Made by a program: the position numbers and the translations under genes
IMG/VR virus record: IMGVR_UViG_3300025869_002060
Coordinates: 62,001 to 126,000 of that record
DNA length: 64,000 nt
Direction: 5' to 3' (one strand)
The notes under the pieces: model-generated
Databases searched by the model: none
What the model was told of the DNA's origin: nothing
What the model saw: the letters and a program-made list of their open reading frames with translations, nothing else
Shown: positions 30,061 through 38,452 of the stretch, piece after piece
Position numbering within the stretch: the stretch's first letter is position 1
Layout: every line of letters begins with the position of its first letter

Positions 30061-30653
30061 CCTTAGAAAATAGTCTAAGTAAGAAGTTCAATATCAAACG
30101 TCTTGAAGATTTAAAGTATGATCCTGTTCATCCTGATAGCATACACAATCCTCGACGTTTAGGTGATGACAGAGAAATATTTTTCTTATTAGAAGAAGAT
30201 ACAACAACGTTTGTTTTATGTGTAGCATATACTGATGTATTACCTAACACAATGGATGAAATTTTAGATACTAGTCATGTAGCTAAGAATCCTAAGTTTG
30301 CTATTTTTTACAGTGTTTTTAAAACTCCACACATACAAAATACAGTACACAAAGGTGGTTGGTTAATACTTAGTGCGGCCAGTTATATTAAAGAAAACTA
30401 TCCCACCATTGAACATTTTACTACAATGAGCCCTATACCTAGTCTCTCTAAAAAGTTTGATGCAACTGTTACAGAACAGCAAATAAATGATTATATTATG
30501 ACACGTAAAGATCCTGTCAGTTCATTTCATTTAAAGAACGGTGCTGATTTGATTAGAATTATTCCTGACGCTGATAGTACTGCAATACGTATTAGTCAGA
30601 GCTGGGGATACATGGCCAATTACGATTATACGTCACTCGTCAATACTCTCTAA
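30057..30653 (+). CDS. Minimal malonyl-CoA decarboxylase-like catalytic (GNAT-fold) domain
   Basis: [29 protein letters not shown]...[11 protein letters not shown] match MCD AVFYSI / TLSPIP / DPVAxFHLxNGA / QSxGxMVNYxY. Confidence 0.8.
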   Translation: MTLENSLSKKFNIKRLEDLKYDPVHPDSIHNPRRLGDDREIFFLLEEDTTTFVLCVAYTDVLPNTMDEILDTSHVAKNPKFAIFYSVFKTPHIQNTVHKGGWLILSAASYIKENYPTIEHFTTMSPIPSLSKKFDATVTEQQINDYIMTRKDPVSSFHLKNGADLIRIIPDADSTAIRISQSWGYMANYDYTSLVNTL

Positions 30654-30695
30654 TACAAATAAATAACACTATAATCGATTTATAGTGAGAGTAAA

Positions 30696-31139
30696 ATGTA
30701 CGAGTATAAATGTAAAATTCTAAAAGTAATTGACGGCGACACCGTTGATATTGATATTGACCTAGGTTTTGACGTAGTATTAACTAACCAACGTGTTAGA
30801 ATGTTTGGAATTGATACTCCAGAATCCAGAACAAGAGATAAAGAAGAAAAGAAATTTGGACTACTAAGTAAAAAGTATGTTCTTGACAGGCTACCTAAAG
30901 GAAGTTACCAAACACTTAAAACTGAAATTGACAGAGATGGCGATGATGCAAGAGGAAAATTTGGTCGTATACTTGGTAGTTTTATGGTATATGATAGTGT
31001 TGATGATCGACAAAGTAGTATCAATGAAATGATGATACGAGATGGGTATGCTGTAGCATATCACGGTCAGAACAAAGATGATATACTTGCAGAGCATATG
31101 TCCAATAGAGACAAGCTAAAGGCCGCTGGCGTTATATGA
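30696..31139 (+). CDS. Thermonuclease (SNase) family protein
   Basis: VIDGDTV, RVRMFGIDTPE, GKFGRILG, INEMMI.DGYA; TAAATA at 30660-30665. Confidence 0.92.
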   Translation: MYEYKCKILKVIDGDTVDIDIDLGFDVVLTNQRVRMFGIDTPESRTRDKEEKKFGLLSKKYVLDRLPKGSYQTLKTEIDRDGDDARGKFGRILGSFMVYDSVDDRQSSINEMMIRDGYAVAYHGQNKDDILAEHMSNRDKLKAAGVI

Positions 31140-34100
31140 AAATCAAAGAACTCAAGATAGACAAACCAGTTGATAGCAACTGGGGCATTCCTCGTTCACA
31201 AATGCCTCAGATACAAACCAACGACTATCCTGCGTTCCTTGACTACCTAGATTCGCATGGTGTTAATTTTGTAAAAGATACTGTTCCAGCACACTCATTA
31301 AAACCTATACAAGGCGAATTTAGTGATAAAGGTGTTGAGAAAGCACTAGCTAAACGTAAACTTGATAAACCTTGTATTGTTAGCAGTGATGGTCATATCA
31401 TTGACGGACACCACAGGTGGTTGGCGGCACTTAACACAAAGCAAAACGTTAGTGTATACAAAGCTGATATACCAGCACACGATTTATTAAAGTTAGTAAA
31501 CGATTTTCCTAAAGTGTATTACAAAAACATATACACTGAAAGTGATGTTAACTATGTTAAACCACAGTTTGATGTAGAATGGGAAGAAGCAAATCGTTAT
31601 AACTACTTTGACAAACTAGGACAAGCAGGTTGGGAAGAACTTGCAAGTAAAGGAAAAGTTGTAAAAGTTAATACAAATAGTGTAAAGAAAATAGGCAATA
31701 CAGGTGCAGACGGAAGCGAATCATTAGATGATTTAGAAACAGATAAAGTTGCAAGATTAAAAAAAGCAATGGCCAGCGGTACAGTTGAAATGCCAATAGT
31801 TGTTAAACAACCAAATGGAAGTTTAGATTTGGTTGCAGGAAACACTAGACTAATAGGACTTATAAGCACACAAGGTGAAGCAAAAGTTTGGTTAGTGGAT
31901 GCAAGTAAGTTAGAAGAAAACTTTGCAGACGGTAAAGTAAAAGGTAAAAGTAGACCAGGACGAGTTAAAAAGTCCGGTGCTAGTTGTAATGGATCAGTAA
32001 CAAGTCTTAGAGCCAAAGCAAAAAAAGCAAGTGGCGAAAAAGCAAAAATGTATCATTGGTGTGCTAACATGAAATCAGGAAAGAAGAAAGCCAAGAAAGA
32101 ATCAGTGGAATCAGACAACATAATATCTGATGAAGTTCGTGTACTTGGAAAACTGTTTACCAAAAACGGATACGAAATAAGAGTGGTAGGTGGTGCAGTT
32201 AGAGATGTAGCACTTGGAAAAGAACCAAAAGACATTGATTTAGCTACAGATGCAACACCAACAGAGATGCAAGCCATGTTTGATAAGGCTAACCTTAAAC
32301 ATATACCTACAGGCATAGAACACGGTACAATTAGTGTTATAATTGACAAAGAACCCTACGAAATTACCACCTTAAGGGCAGATAAAGAGACTGACGGACG
32401 ACATGCTGAAGTAGAGTTTGTTCGTAGTTGGGAACAAGATGCTGAACGTAGAGACTTAACATACAATGCAATGAGCATGGACATGGATGGTAAAATTCAT
32501 GACTACTTTAATGGCATGGATGATCTACAAGATAAAGTAAGTCGTTTTGTTGGTGATCCTACTAAACGTATACAAGAAGATTATCTACGTATATTACGAT
32601 ACTTTCGTTTTCAAGCAAGGCTAGACAAACCAAAGTTTGACAAAGAAGCAATTGATGCTATTAGCAAAGAAGCAAAAGGACTTAAACAAATAAGTGCCGA
32701 ACGTGTATGGATGGAAATATCAAAGTTATTGATTGCACCAAGTGCAATACCAGTGCTAAAGCAAATGGGAGAAACTGGCGTAGCTGATGTTATTGGATTA
32801 GATGTTAGCAATGCTAACAGTGTTAAATTTGATAATCCTATTATGAATCTAGCAATGTTATCAGATGATGTTGGTATTGGTGCTAAGTGGAAAATGTCCA
32901 ACGACAACAAAACTGAATTAGCATTTTATATAGCACACAAAAATAAAAAATTAAGTCAACAAGATGTTGAGGATATGATCAGTGATGGAGCGCCTGCAAC
33001 CTACTTAGCAAATGTTCTAAAGATACAAGGGCAAGATCCAAATTGGGCTAAGGCACAAGTTCCGCAATTTCCTGTAACAGGTAAAGACTTGATTAATTTT
33101 GGAATTAAACCTGGTCCAAACATGGGTAAGATGCTTGATGTATTAAAACAGCAATGGAAGAAATCACGTTTTACAGCCAGCAAAGAAGATTTATTAAACA
33201 CATTAAAGGAATCATTGATTAATCCTGATCCAAAATTACCAAATCTTAAAGAACCAAAAAAATTAAGCAAGTATTCAAAACGTAAAAAAGTGTTCAGTGA
33301 TAATAAAGATAAACCTGAAAACGAGGAACCCGAAAACTCCACCGATAACATTGTTGAAGACCTATCAGCTAATGCAGAATTGTATGTAGACATGGATGGT
33401 GTACTTGCGGACTTCTTTGGCGAGTGGGCAAAACTAATAGGTGTTGATAGCTGGCGTAATATTAAAAACATTGAACCAGCATTAGAGAAGATCAGGCAAC
33501 AAAAAGATTTCTGGATTAACTTGCCAATGACAAGCAATGCTCTACAATTATTAAGTGCCATTAAAGCATACAAAGGCAAGTATAACATATTAAGTGCTCC
33601 GTTACCCGGTGATAAGAACTCTGAACCACAGAAACGTGCATGGATTAAAAAGAATTTAAGTTCTTTCCCGCCAGAAAAAATTATTATTGATCATAACAAG
33701 GCCGCCTATGCAACCCAACCAGATGGAACACCAAATGGATTGATTGATGACTTTGGGCAAAATGTTAGTAAATGGGAAGCCGCAGGTGGAATTGCTATTA
33801 AACATAATGATCTAAAAATAGATAGAACTATAAGCAAATTGGACAAAGAAACAAGTACACCTTCGTATAGTATAAACGAAGATGATGTTGAAGTAAGCAT
33901 GTATGGTGATGCTGAAAAAGGTTATACACTAAGCAAAATTGTAGTACCAAAAGAATTACGTGGGACAGGTATTGGTTCCAAGAAGATGCGAGAGCTTGTT
34001 GATAAAGCAGATAACGAAGGCGCTATTATTGCACTCACACCAGACACAACGTTTGGAGCATCATCTAAAGGACGATTAATTAAATTTTATAAAGGATTTG

Positions 34101-34198
34101 GATTTGTACCGAATGTAGGCCGTAACAAAGATTTCCGTTACAGGGAGACCATGATTCGTTACCCCAAGTCGAGTGGAGGTAAAGATAGCACTCAATGA
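31136..34198 (+). CDS. Multidomain protein: two ParB/Srx-like domains, basic module, CCA-adding tRNA nucleotidyltransferase, HAD 5'(3')-nucleotidase-like domain, GNAT acetyltransferase
   Basis: IIDGHHRW; PIVV...LVAGNTR; VGGAVRD..DIDLAT, RRDLTYNAM, EDYLRILR; YVDMDGVLADF, LIDD; VPKELRGTGIG, FYKGFGF. Confidence 0.88.
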   Translation: MKIKELKIDKPVDSNWGIPRSQMPQIQTNDYPAFLDYLDSHGVNFVKDTVPAHSLKPIQGEFSDKGVEKALAKRKLDKPCIVSSDGHIIDGHHRWLAALNTKQNVSVYKADIPAHDLLKLVNDFPKVYYKNIYTESDVNYVKPQFDVEWEEANRYNYFDKLGQAGWEELASKGKVVKVNTNSVKKIGNTGADGSESLDDLETDKVARLKKAMASGTVEMPIVVKQPNGSLDLVAGNTRLIGLISTQGEAKVWLVDASKLEENFADGKVKGKSRPGRVKKSGASCNGSVTSLRAKAKKASGEKAKMYHWCANMKSGKKKAKKESVESDNIISDEVRVLGKLFTKNGYEIRVVGGAVRDVALGKEPKDIDLATDATPTEMQAMFDKANLKHIPTGIEHGTISVIIDKEPYEITTLRADKETDGRHAEVEFVRSWEQDAERRDLTYNAMSMDMDGKIHDYFNGMDDLQDKVSRFVGDPTKRIQEDYLRILRYFRFQARLDKPKFDKEAIDAISKEAKGLKQISAERVWMEISKLLIAPSAIPVLKQMGETGVADVIGLDVSNANSVKFDNPIMNLAMLSDDVGIGAKWKMSNDNKTELAFYIAHKNKKLSQQDVEDMISDGAPATYLANVLKIQGQDPNWAKAQVPQFPVTGKDLINFGIKPGPNMGKMLDVLKQQWKKSRFTASKEDLLNTLKESLINPDPKLPNLKEPKKLSKYSKRKKVFSDNKDKPENEEPENSTDNIVEDLSANAELYVDMDGVLADFFGEWAKLIGVDSWRNIKNIEPALEKIRQQKDFWINLPMTSNALQLLSAIKAYKGKYNILSAPLPGDKNSEPQKRAWIKKNLSSFPPEKIIIDHNKAAYATQPDGTPNGLIDDFGQNVSKWEAAGGIAIKHNDLKIDRTISKLDKETSTPSYSINEDDVEVSMYGDAEKGYTLSKIVVPKELRGTGIGSKKMRELVDKADNEGAIIALTPDTTFGASSKGRLIKFYKGFGFVPNVGRNKDFRYRETMIRYPKSSGGKDSTQ

Positions 34199-34491
34199 AG
34201 TCCAGAAAAGTCTTACCTATTCTGATAGTAGCAATGCTAACAGGATGTGCTGGGCCACTGGAAATAGTAAATACCATAGGCTATTTCTTTGTGGATGGAG
34301 TTACAGAAGCCCAAACAGGAAAAGGGGTTATTGATAACGCAGTTAGCACGGTAGTTGGCAAAGACTGTAAAGTTAAAAACGTATTTAAGTCAAAGGAAAA
34401 ACTCTGCATAGAGCAAAAAACAAATAAAAACCATGGAGAGGTTAATGGAGATAAAGACAATCAACGAAGCAATAGATCTATTGAAAGATAA
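34195..34491 (+). CDS. Lipoprotein
   Basis: MKSRKVLPILIVAMLTG-C lipobox; GGAGG SD. Confidence 0.75.
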   Translation: MKSRKVLPILIVAMLTGCAGPLEIVNTIGYFFVDGVTEAQTGKGVIDNAVSTVVGKDCKVKNVFKSKEKLCIEQKTNKNHGEVNGDKDNQRSNRSIER

Positions 34492-35233
34492 AGACTGGGA
34501 TAATGAATTATGGTGTGATGCACTATTTGCACAAATTTCTCGTATTTCATATTTAGATGGTAAACCAGCTAAGAAAATATTCAAACAACTAGGATTTATT
34601 AAACATAAATTTATTGAAAATGATGGAGCACAAGCACATATCATCGAAGATGAATCCAATTTGGTTTTTGCATTCCGCGGAACTGAACCAACACAATTTA
34701 ATGATATAGCCGCTGACCTTAAAGCATGGAAAATGAAGAGTCGTACTGCTGGAAGAGTACATGATGGATTTTTTGATGAAACAAACAAGTTATGGCCAAT
34801 GATTGAAAACTATCCAATTAATAAAAAGAAAATTTGGATTTGTGGGCATAGCCTTGGCGGTGCAATGGCAACGATATGTGCAACACGTTTATGTTTAGCG
34901 TCGCCGATGTTATACACATATGGATCTCCGCGTGTGGGAGATAGAAGATGGTTAAAAAACAATAACAGTATTAATCATCATAGATTTGTTAATAACAATG
35001 ACATAGTTCCTAAAGTACCTTTAGCAATGATGGGATTCAAACACCAAGGATTACAATGTTACATCAATTATTATGGTAATATACGACATCCAACTTTTTG
35101 GCAAAAAACCAAAGATCAATTTAGAGCTAGACGAAGAGCATGGAGTAAAGGAAAGCCGTTCAGCGGTTTTACTGATCACAGTATCAGTCGATATTCACAA
35201 AAACTCTTAGATTTATATTTAAGTTCTGATTAA
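34433..35233 (+). CDS. Class 3 lipase
   Basis: AFRGTE, VHDGF, GHSLGGAMA, YTYGSPRVG, NNDIVP.VP, DH. Confidence 0.93.
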   Translation: MERLMEIKTINEAIDLLKDKDWDNELWCDALFAQISRISYLDGKPAKKIFKQLGFIKHKFIENDGAQAHIIEDESNLVFAFRGTEPTQFNDIAADLKAWKMKSRTAGRVHDGFFDETNKLWPMIENYPINKKKIWICGHSLGGAMATICATRLCLASPMLYTYGSPRVGDRRWLKNNNSINHHRFVNNNDIVPKVPLAMMGFKHQGLQCYINYYGNIRHPTFWQKTKDQFRARRRAWSKGKPFSGFTDHSISRYSQKLLDLYLSSD

Positions 35234-35424
35234 GTCCAAGGTCTTCCGGGAACAAGACCGCCGGCATTGTCAACAACATTATTTCCGCTATATTTAGATG
35301 GCAATAAGTCTCTGTTATAGGTGTCTCTGCGACCACTTGACGTACGATTAATTTTTGCTAAATCTAGTTTCGCAATCTGACGAAGTTCTTTGTTGGCTAG
35401 AGTGCTGATTCCGTTTGCGGCCAT
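35230..35424 (-). CDS. Small hypothetical late protein
   Basis: AAGGAG SD, TATAAATA upstream on the minus strand; ends GLVPGRPWT. Confidence 0.7.
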   Translation of the reverse strand: MAANGISTLANKELRQIAKLDLAKINRTSSGRRDTYNRDLLPSKYSGNNVVDNAGGLVPGRPWT

Positions 35425-35498
35425 ATAATTTCTCCTTTTGTTAAATATATTTATAATAAGAGGTTGACAATGCGATTGATGTGTGTAATACTGTGTTT

Positions 35499-35639
35499 AT
35501 GATTATAGAGCATTTTTTAATTCGAACTGACAAGCCAATGGACTTTGTTGTTATAGATACACGGACAAATCATGTGATTATGAAGACGTCCAGCCGTAAT
35601 ATTGCACTGAGAACCGTACAAAACTTGCTGAACTCTTAG
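35499..35639 (+). CDS. Small hypothetical protein (46 aa, not in ORF track)
   Basis: MIIEHFLIRTDKPMDFVVIDTRTNHVIMKTSSRNIALRTVQNLLNS, just after a TTGACA promoter at 35464. Confidence 0.45.
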   Translation: MIIEHFLIRTDKPMDFVVIDTRTNHVIMKTSSRNIALRTVQNLLNS

Positions 35640-35674
35640 ATTTTCACAAAAAAGTGAAAAATCTGGTAGATTCT

Positions 35675-35730
35675 GGTTGACCTTTTGGGAAAATTGTCGT
35701 ATAGTATATACACAATAAGAACTTAGGAGA
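35675..35730 (+). repeat. Early promoter repeat copy
   Basis: GGTTGACCTTTTGGGAAAATTGTCGTATAGTATATACACAATAAGAACTTAGGAGA. Confidence 0.85.
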
Positions 35731-35735
35731 AGGTT

Positions 35736-35993
35736 ATGTACACAGTTGAAATTTACCGAGCAGACCGTCGCAAGAAAGAAGGCGAACGCCTTGTGCTCAA
35801 GAAGGACTACGACACTGACAACCGTTCAATGTTGGAGCACACGGTGAAGACCACCATGCAGAAGGGTGAGCGGTATGAGATCCACGAGACCTTCGTAACG
35901 AAGAAAAGCCTAATGAACGGAAAAGAGTTTCAGGAGCGATATGACACTCCCTACTACTGTTCACCTAGTTCTGAAGCATACTGGAGCATGTAA
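35736..35993 (+). CDS. Hypothetical early protein
   Basis: AGGAG SD; ends TPYYCSPSSEAYWSM. Confidence 0.75.
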   Translation: MYTVEIYRADRRKKEGERLVLKKDYDTDNRSMLEHTVKTTMQKGERYEIHETFVTKKSLMNGKEFQERYDTPYYCSPSSEAYWSM

Positions 35994-35994
35994 T

Positions 35995-36231
35995 ATGAAA
36001 AAGATCTCAGACAATTTCCACAACGAACTATGGGTAGGTATGAATGCCGCCCTAGCCAGAACAGAGAACTATTATAGTGATGGTGCTGTTAATTGGAGTT
36101 ATGTAGATGCAGATGTGTATATGCATATGGCTAAACAGTATGATGTAAGGACTAGCAATAGCCTTAATGACAAGTATAGGAATCTATTTGAAGCGGCATG
36201 TGATACGATAGATGAGGGTATGGCAATATGA
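35995..36231 (+). CDS. Hypothetical protein
   Basis: Start MKKISD after GGAG; NWSYVDADVY motif. Confidence 0.65.
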   Translation: MKKISDNFHNELWVGMNAALARTENYYSDGAVNWSYVDADVYMHMAKQYDVRTSNSLNDKYRNLFEAACDTIDEGMAI

Positions 36232-36749
36232 AAGAAAATGAAGTTAAACCGTTGGCTCTAAGAGCCTTACAGTTTGCCACTGAAGCACATGCATCAATTG
36301 GGCAGAAACGAAAGTATAGTGGGGAAGACTATATAGTACACCCCATCGAAGTTTCTGGACTAGTTAAAAAGTATGGCGGATCTGCTGAAATGCAGGCCGC
36401 GGCTCTGTTGCATGATACAGTAGAAGATACTCCTGTTACCATTGGTGATATTAACAGTGAGTTTGGTCCTGTTGTGGCCAAATTGGTTGCTGATCTAACT
36501 GACATCAGTAAACCTGAAGATGGTAATCGTAAACTACGTAAATCCATGGATAGAGACCATACTGCTAATGCTAGTAGAGATGCTCAGATCATCAAGTTGG
36601 CTGATTTAGTCAGCAACACGGTAAGTATCAAGGCGGAAGACCCTAATTTTTGGAAAGTATACAAAGTAGAGAAAATTGCTTTGCTTGATGTTATGACCAA
36701 AGTTACAGATCATCCGTTGTACAAAATAGCATTGGAGCAAATCAAATGA
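36228..36749 (+). CDS. HD-domain (p)ppGpp hydrolase-like protein (small alarmone hydrolase/Mesh1 type)
   Basis: FATEAH..GQKRK.SGEDYIVHP.EV, AALLHDTVEDT, LTD, IIKLAD..SN. Confidence 0.88.
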   Translation: MKENEVKPLALRALQFATEAHASIGQKRKYSGEDYIVHPIEVSGLVKKYGGSAEMQAAALLHDTVEDTPVTIGDINSEFGPVVAKLVADLTDISKPEDGNRKLRKSMDRDHTANASRDAQIIKLADLVSNTVSIKAEDPNFWKVYKVEKIALLDVMTKVTDHPLYKIALEQIK

Positions 36750-36970
36750 CCTTGAACGAAGGCGATAAAATTATAGTTACTTGCACTGATACAAACAATT
36801 CTGTTGAAGGTGTTGTGCATAGACGCAACGGAAATACCCTATGGGTGCTGATCAATCCAGCAGTGCCTGCCATTGGAATGCACCTTACTCACCCAGGATT
36901 CTATGTGGGCAAACAGGGCGGAATGGAGTTTACTGTGGGTAAACGTGAAAAAACTTCAAAAATTTCTTAA
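36746..36970 (+). CDS. Hypothetical protein
   Basis: 74 aa, GGAG SD, YVGKQGGMEFT. Confidence 0.65.
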   Translation: MTLNEGDKIIVTCTDTNNSVEGVVHRRNGNTLWVLINPAVPAIGMHLTHPGFYVGKQGGMEFTVGKREKTSKIS

Positions 36971-36985
36971 AAAATGGTAAAAAAA

Positions 36986-37034
36986 GGTTGACCTTTTGGG
37001 AAAGATGCCGTATACTACAAGAACAATAAGGAAA
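36986..37034 (+). repeat. Early promoter repeat copy
   Basis: GGTTGACCTTTTGGGAAAGATGCCGTATACTACAAGAACAATAAGGAAA. Confidence 0.9.
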
Positions 37035-37051
37035 CGAAGGAAATAAGCGAA

Positions 37052-37396
37052 ATGACAATGACCCGCAAAGAACGTGAACTTAGTGATGCAAAAGCAAAAT
37101 TTGAAGCTGGCGATCACGTTATTGAGAATGACGTTATTCTTTGGAAGTCAAACAACCGTTCGCCCATGGACGATTTGATGACGAATTGGTTGGAACTGGG
37201 TCTTATTTTGCAGGTTGAATTTGATGCAACCGAAAAAGCTCGGGACGCTCAAAACCAGGATTTCTTTGCACAATACCGACAAGCTCGTGCCAATCGCACC
37301 CCGGAGCAGATTGCTGAAGAACAGTTTGAAATGAGAGCCGCTTTTGGTTCTGGTACGGTAGTTAACATTATTACCGGAGAAAGGACGGTCCTCTAA
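37052..37396 (+). CDS. Hypothetical early protein
   Basis: EEQFEMRAAFG.G.VVNIITG motif; follows a promoter repeat. Confidence 0.75.
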   Translation: MTMTRKERELSDAKAKFEAGDHVIENDVILWKSNNRSPMDDLMTNWLELGLILQVEFDATEKARDAQNQDFFAQYRQARANRTPEQIAEEQFEMRAAFGSGTVVNIITGERTVL

Positions 37397-37515
37397 TGAC
37401 AATGGAACGAGGCATATTTTTGATAGGCGTTGCGGTATTAATCCACGTGCTATATCAAATTGGTTTAGACGTAGTTATTGGTGTTGAATATTACGGCGAC
37501 ATCACTGGCTATTAA
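37396..37515 (+). CDS. Small hydrophobic protein (39 aa, not in ORF track)
   Basis: TAATG coupling; MTMERGIFLIGVAVLIHVLYQIGLDVVIGVEYYGDITGY. Confidence 0.5.
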   Translation: MTMERGIFLIGVAVLIHVLYQIGLDVVIGVEYYGDITGY

Positions 37516-37584
37516 AAAAAAATGGTTGACAAAATGGGCATACTATAGTATATTATGGTTATGCTAAGAGAAAGAGGTTTGAAG

Positions 37585-37716
37585 ATGAAGAGTTTTATTT
37601 TAGTATTTGGGTGTTTATTCATGCTTAATGCATGTGGAACAGTTGGAGGCGCAATTGATGGCGCGGGCGACGATCTAAAGCAGGCAGGAAAATGGGTAAA
37701 GCAAGTAGGAAAATAA
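37585..37716 (+). CDS. Entericidin EcnA/B-like small lipoprotein (43 aa, not in ORF track)
   Basis: MKSFILVFGCLFMLNA-CGTVGGAIDGAGDDLKQAGKWVKQVGK; GAGG SD; TTGACA promoter at ~37526. Confidence 0.65.
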   Translation: MKSFILVFGCLFMLNACGTVGGAIDGAGDDLKQAGKWVKQVGK

Positions 37717-37739
37717 TTTACTGGATAAGGAGAGTTTTC

Positions 37740-37898
37740 ATGATGAAATTTATTATGGGAGTAGTAGTTGGTATCGCATTATCTACATGGGGTATTGAAG
37801 GATCTACCGCAATGGTGAAAAAAGGTATTGGCCTTGTGCAAGATGGAGCACAAACAGTACAAAGCACTATCACTTCATCTAAAGGCCTAAAAGACTAA
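37740..37898 (+). CDS. Small membrane-anchored protein
   Basis: AAGGAG SD; MMKFIMGVVVGIALSTWG hydrophobic N-terminus. Confidence 0.65.
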   Translation: MMKFIMGVVVGIALSTWGIEGSTAMVKKGIGLVQDGAQTVQSTITSSKGLKD

Positions 37899-37988
37899 AT
37901 GGCTTTAACTAATTTTGGGAATGATCCCAGAACAACAGACGAATGCAATGAAGCATCGTCACAATCAACTAACTTTGGAGAATCAAAG

Positions 37989-38375
37989 ATGACTGACAAA
38001 CTATACTCGATCGTTGGCGTTGCACTTACACCTTATGGATATAAGGTTCGTTTCGCTAATGACATGACCCGAATTAAGGTACTGTCTAAGACTGATAGAA
38101 ATATTGAGCTTTATAATATGCCGGAGCCTTCAACTAAAGCAGAAGCAGTAAAGTTTATTAAGACCAAGAAGGCTTATACTGACGAAACGTTTTTGGATTC
38201 AGACTCAGTCCGTGAAGCGATTGATAATGCAATCCTGAAATACAATGCGGTACGTGCAAAAGGCAAGCGAGTAACCGCTGGGCCTAGCATGGCGTCACTT
38301 GTGGAAAGGGCTAATGCTCAAGCCGCTCAGACAGAGACTGTTCAGGTAGAAACTTCTGAAGCAGTGACTGAGTAA
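37989..38375 (+). CDS. Hypothetical protein with a structured 5' leader
   Basis: GGAG SD before ATG 37989; YKVRFANDMTRIKVL motif. Confidence 0.7.
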   Translation: MTDKLYSIVGVALTPYGYKVRFANDMTRIKVLSKTDRNIELYNMPEPSTKAEAVKFIKTKKAYTDETFLDSDSVREAIDNAILKYNAVRAKGKRVTAGPSMASLVERANAQAAQTETVQVETSEAVTE

Positions 38376-38391
38376 ATACTCCTGCATTGGG

Positions 38392-38420
38392 AGAAAAGGA
38401 CCTTCGGGTCCTTTTCTTTT
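38392..38420 (+). terminator. Intrinsic terminator with C(UUCG)G tetraloop
   Basis: AGAAAAGGACC-TTCG-GGTCCTTTTCT-TTT. Confidence 0.92.
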
Positions 38421-38452
38421 GAGTGTCGTGTCAATAGGCATTAAATAGCAGT

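Noticed and set aside
31603-33900. Antisense ORFs inside the polyprotein gene (e.g. 33001-33588, 195 aa)
   Set aside because: No motifs; they fully overlap well-supported sense domains.
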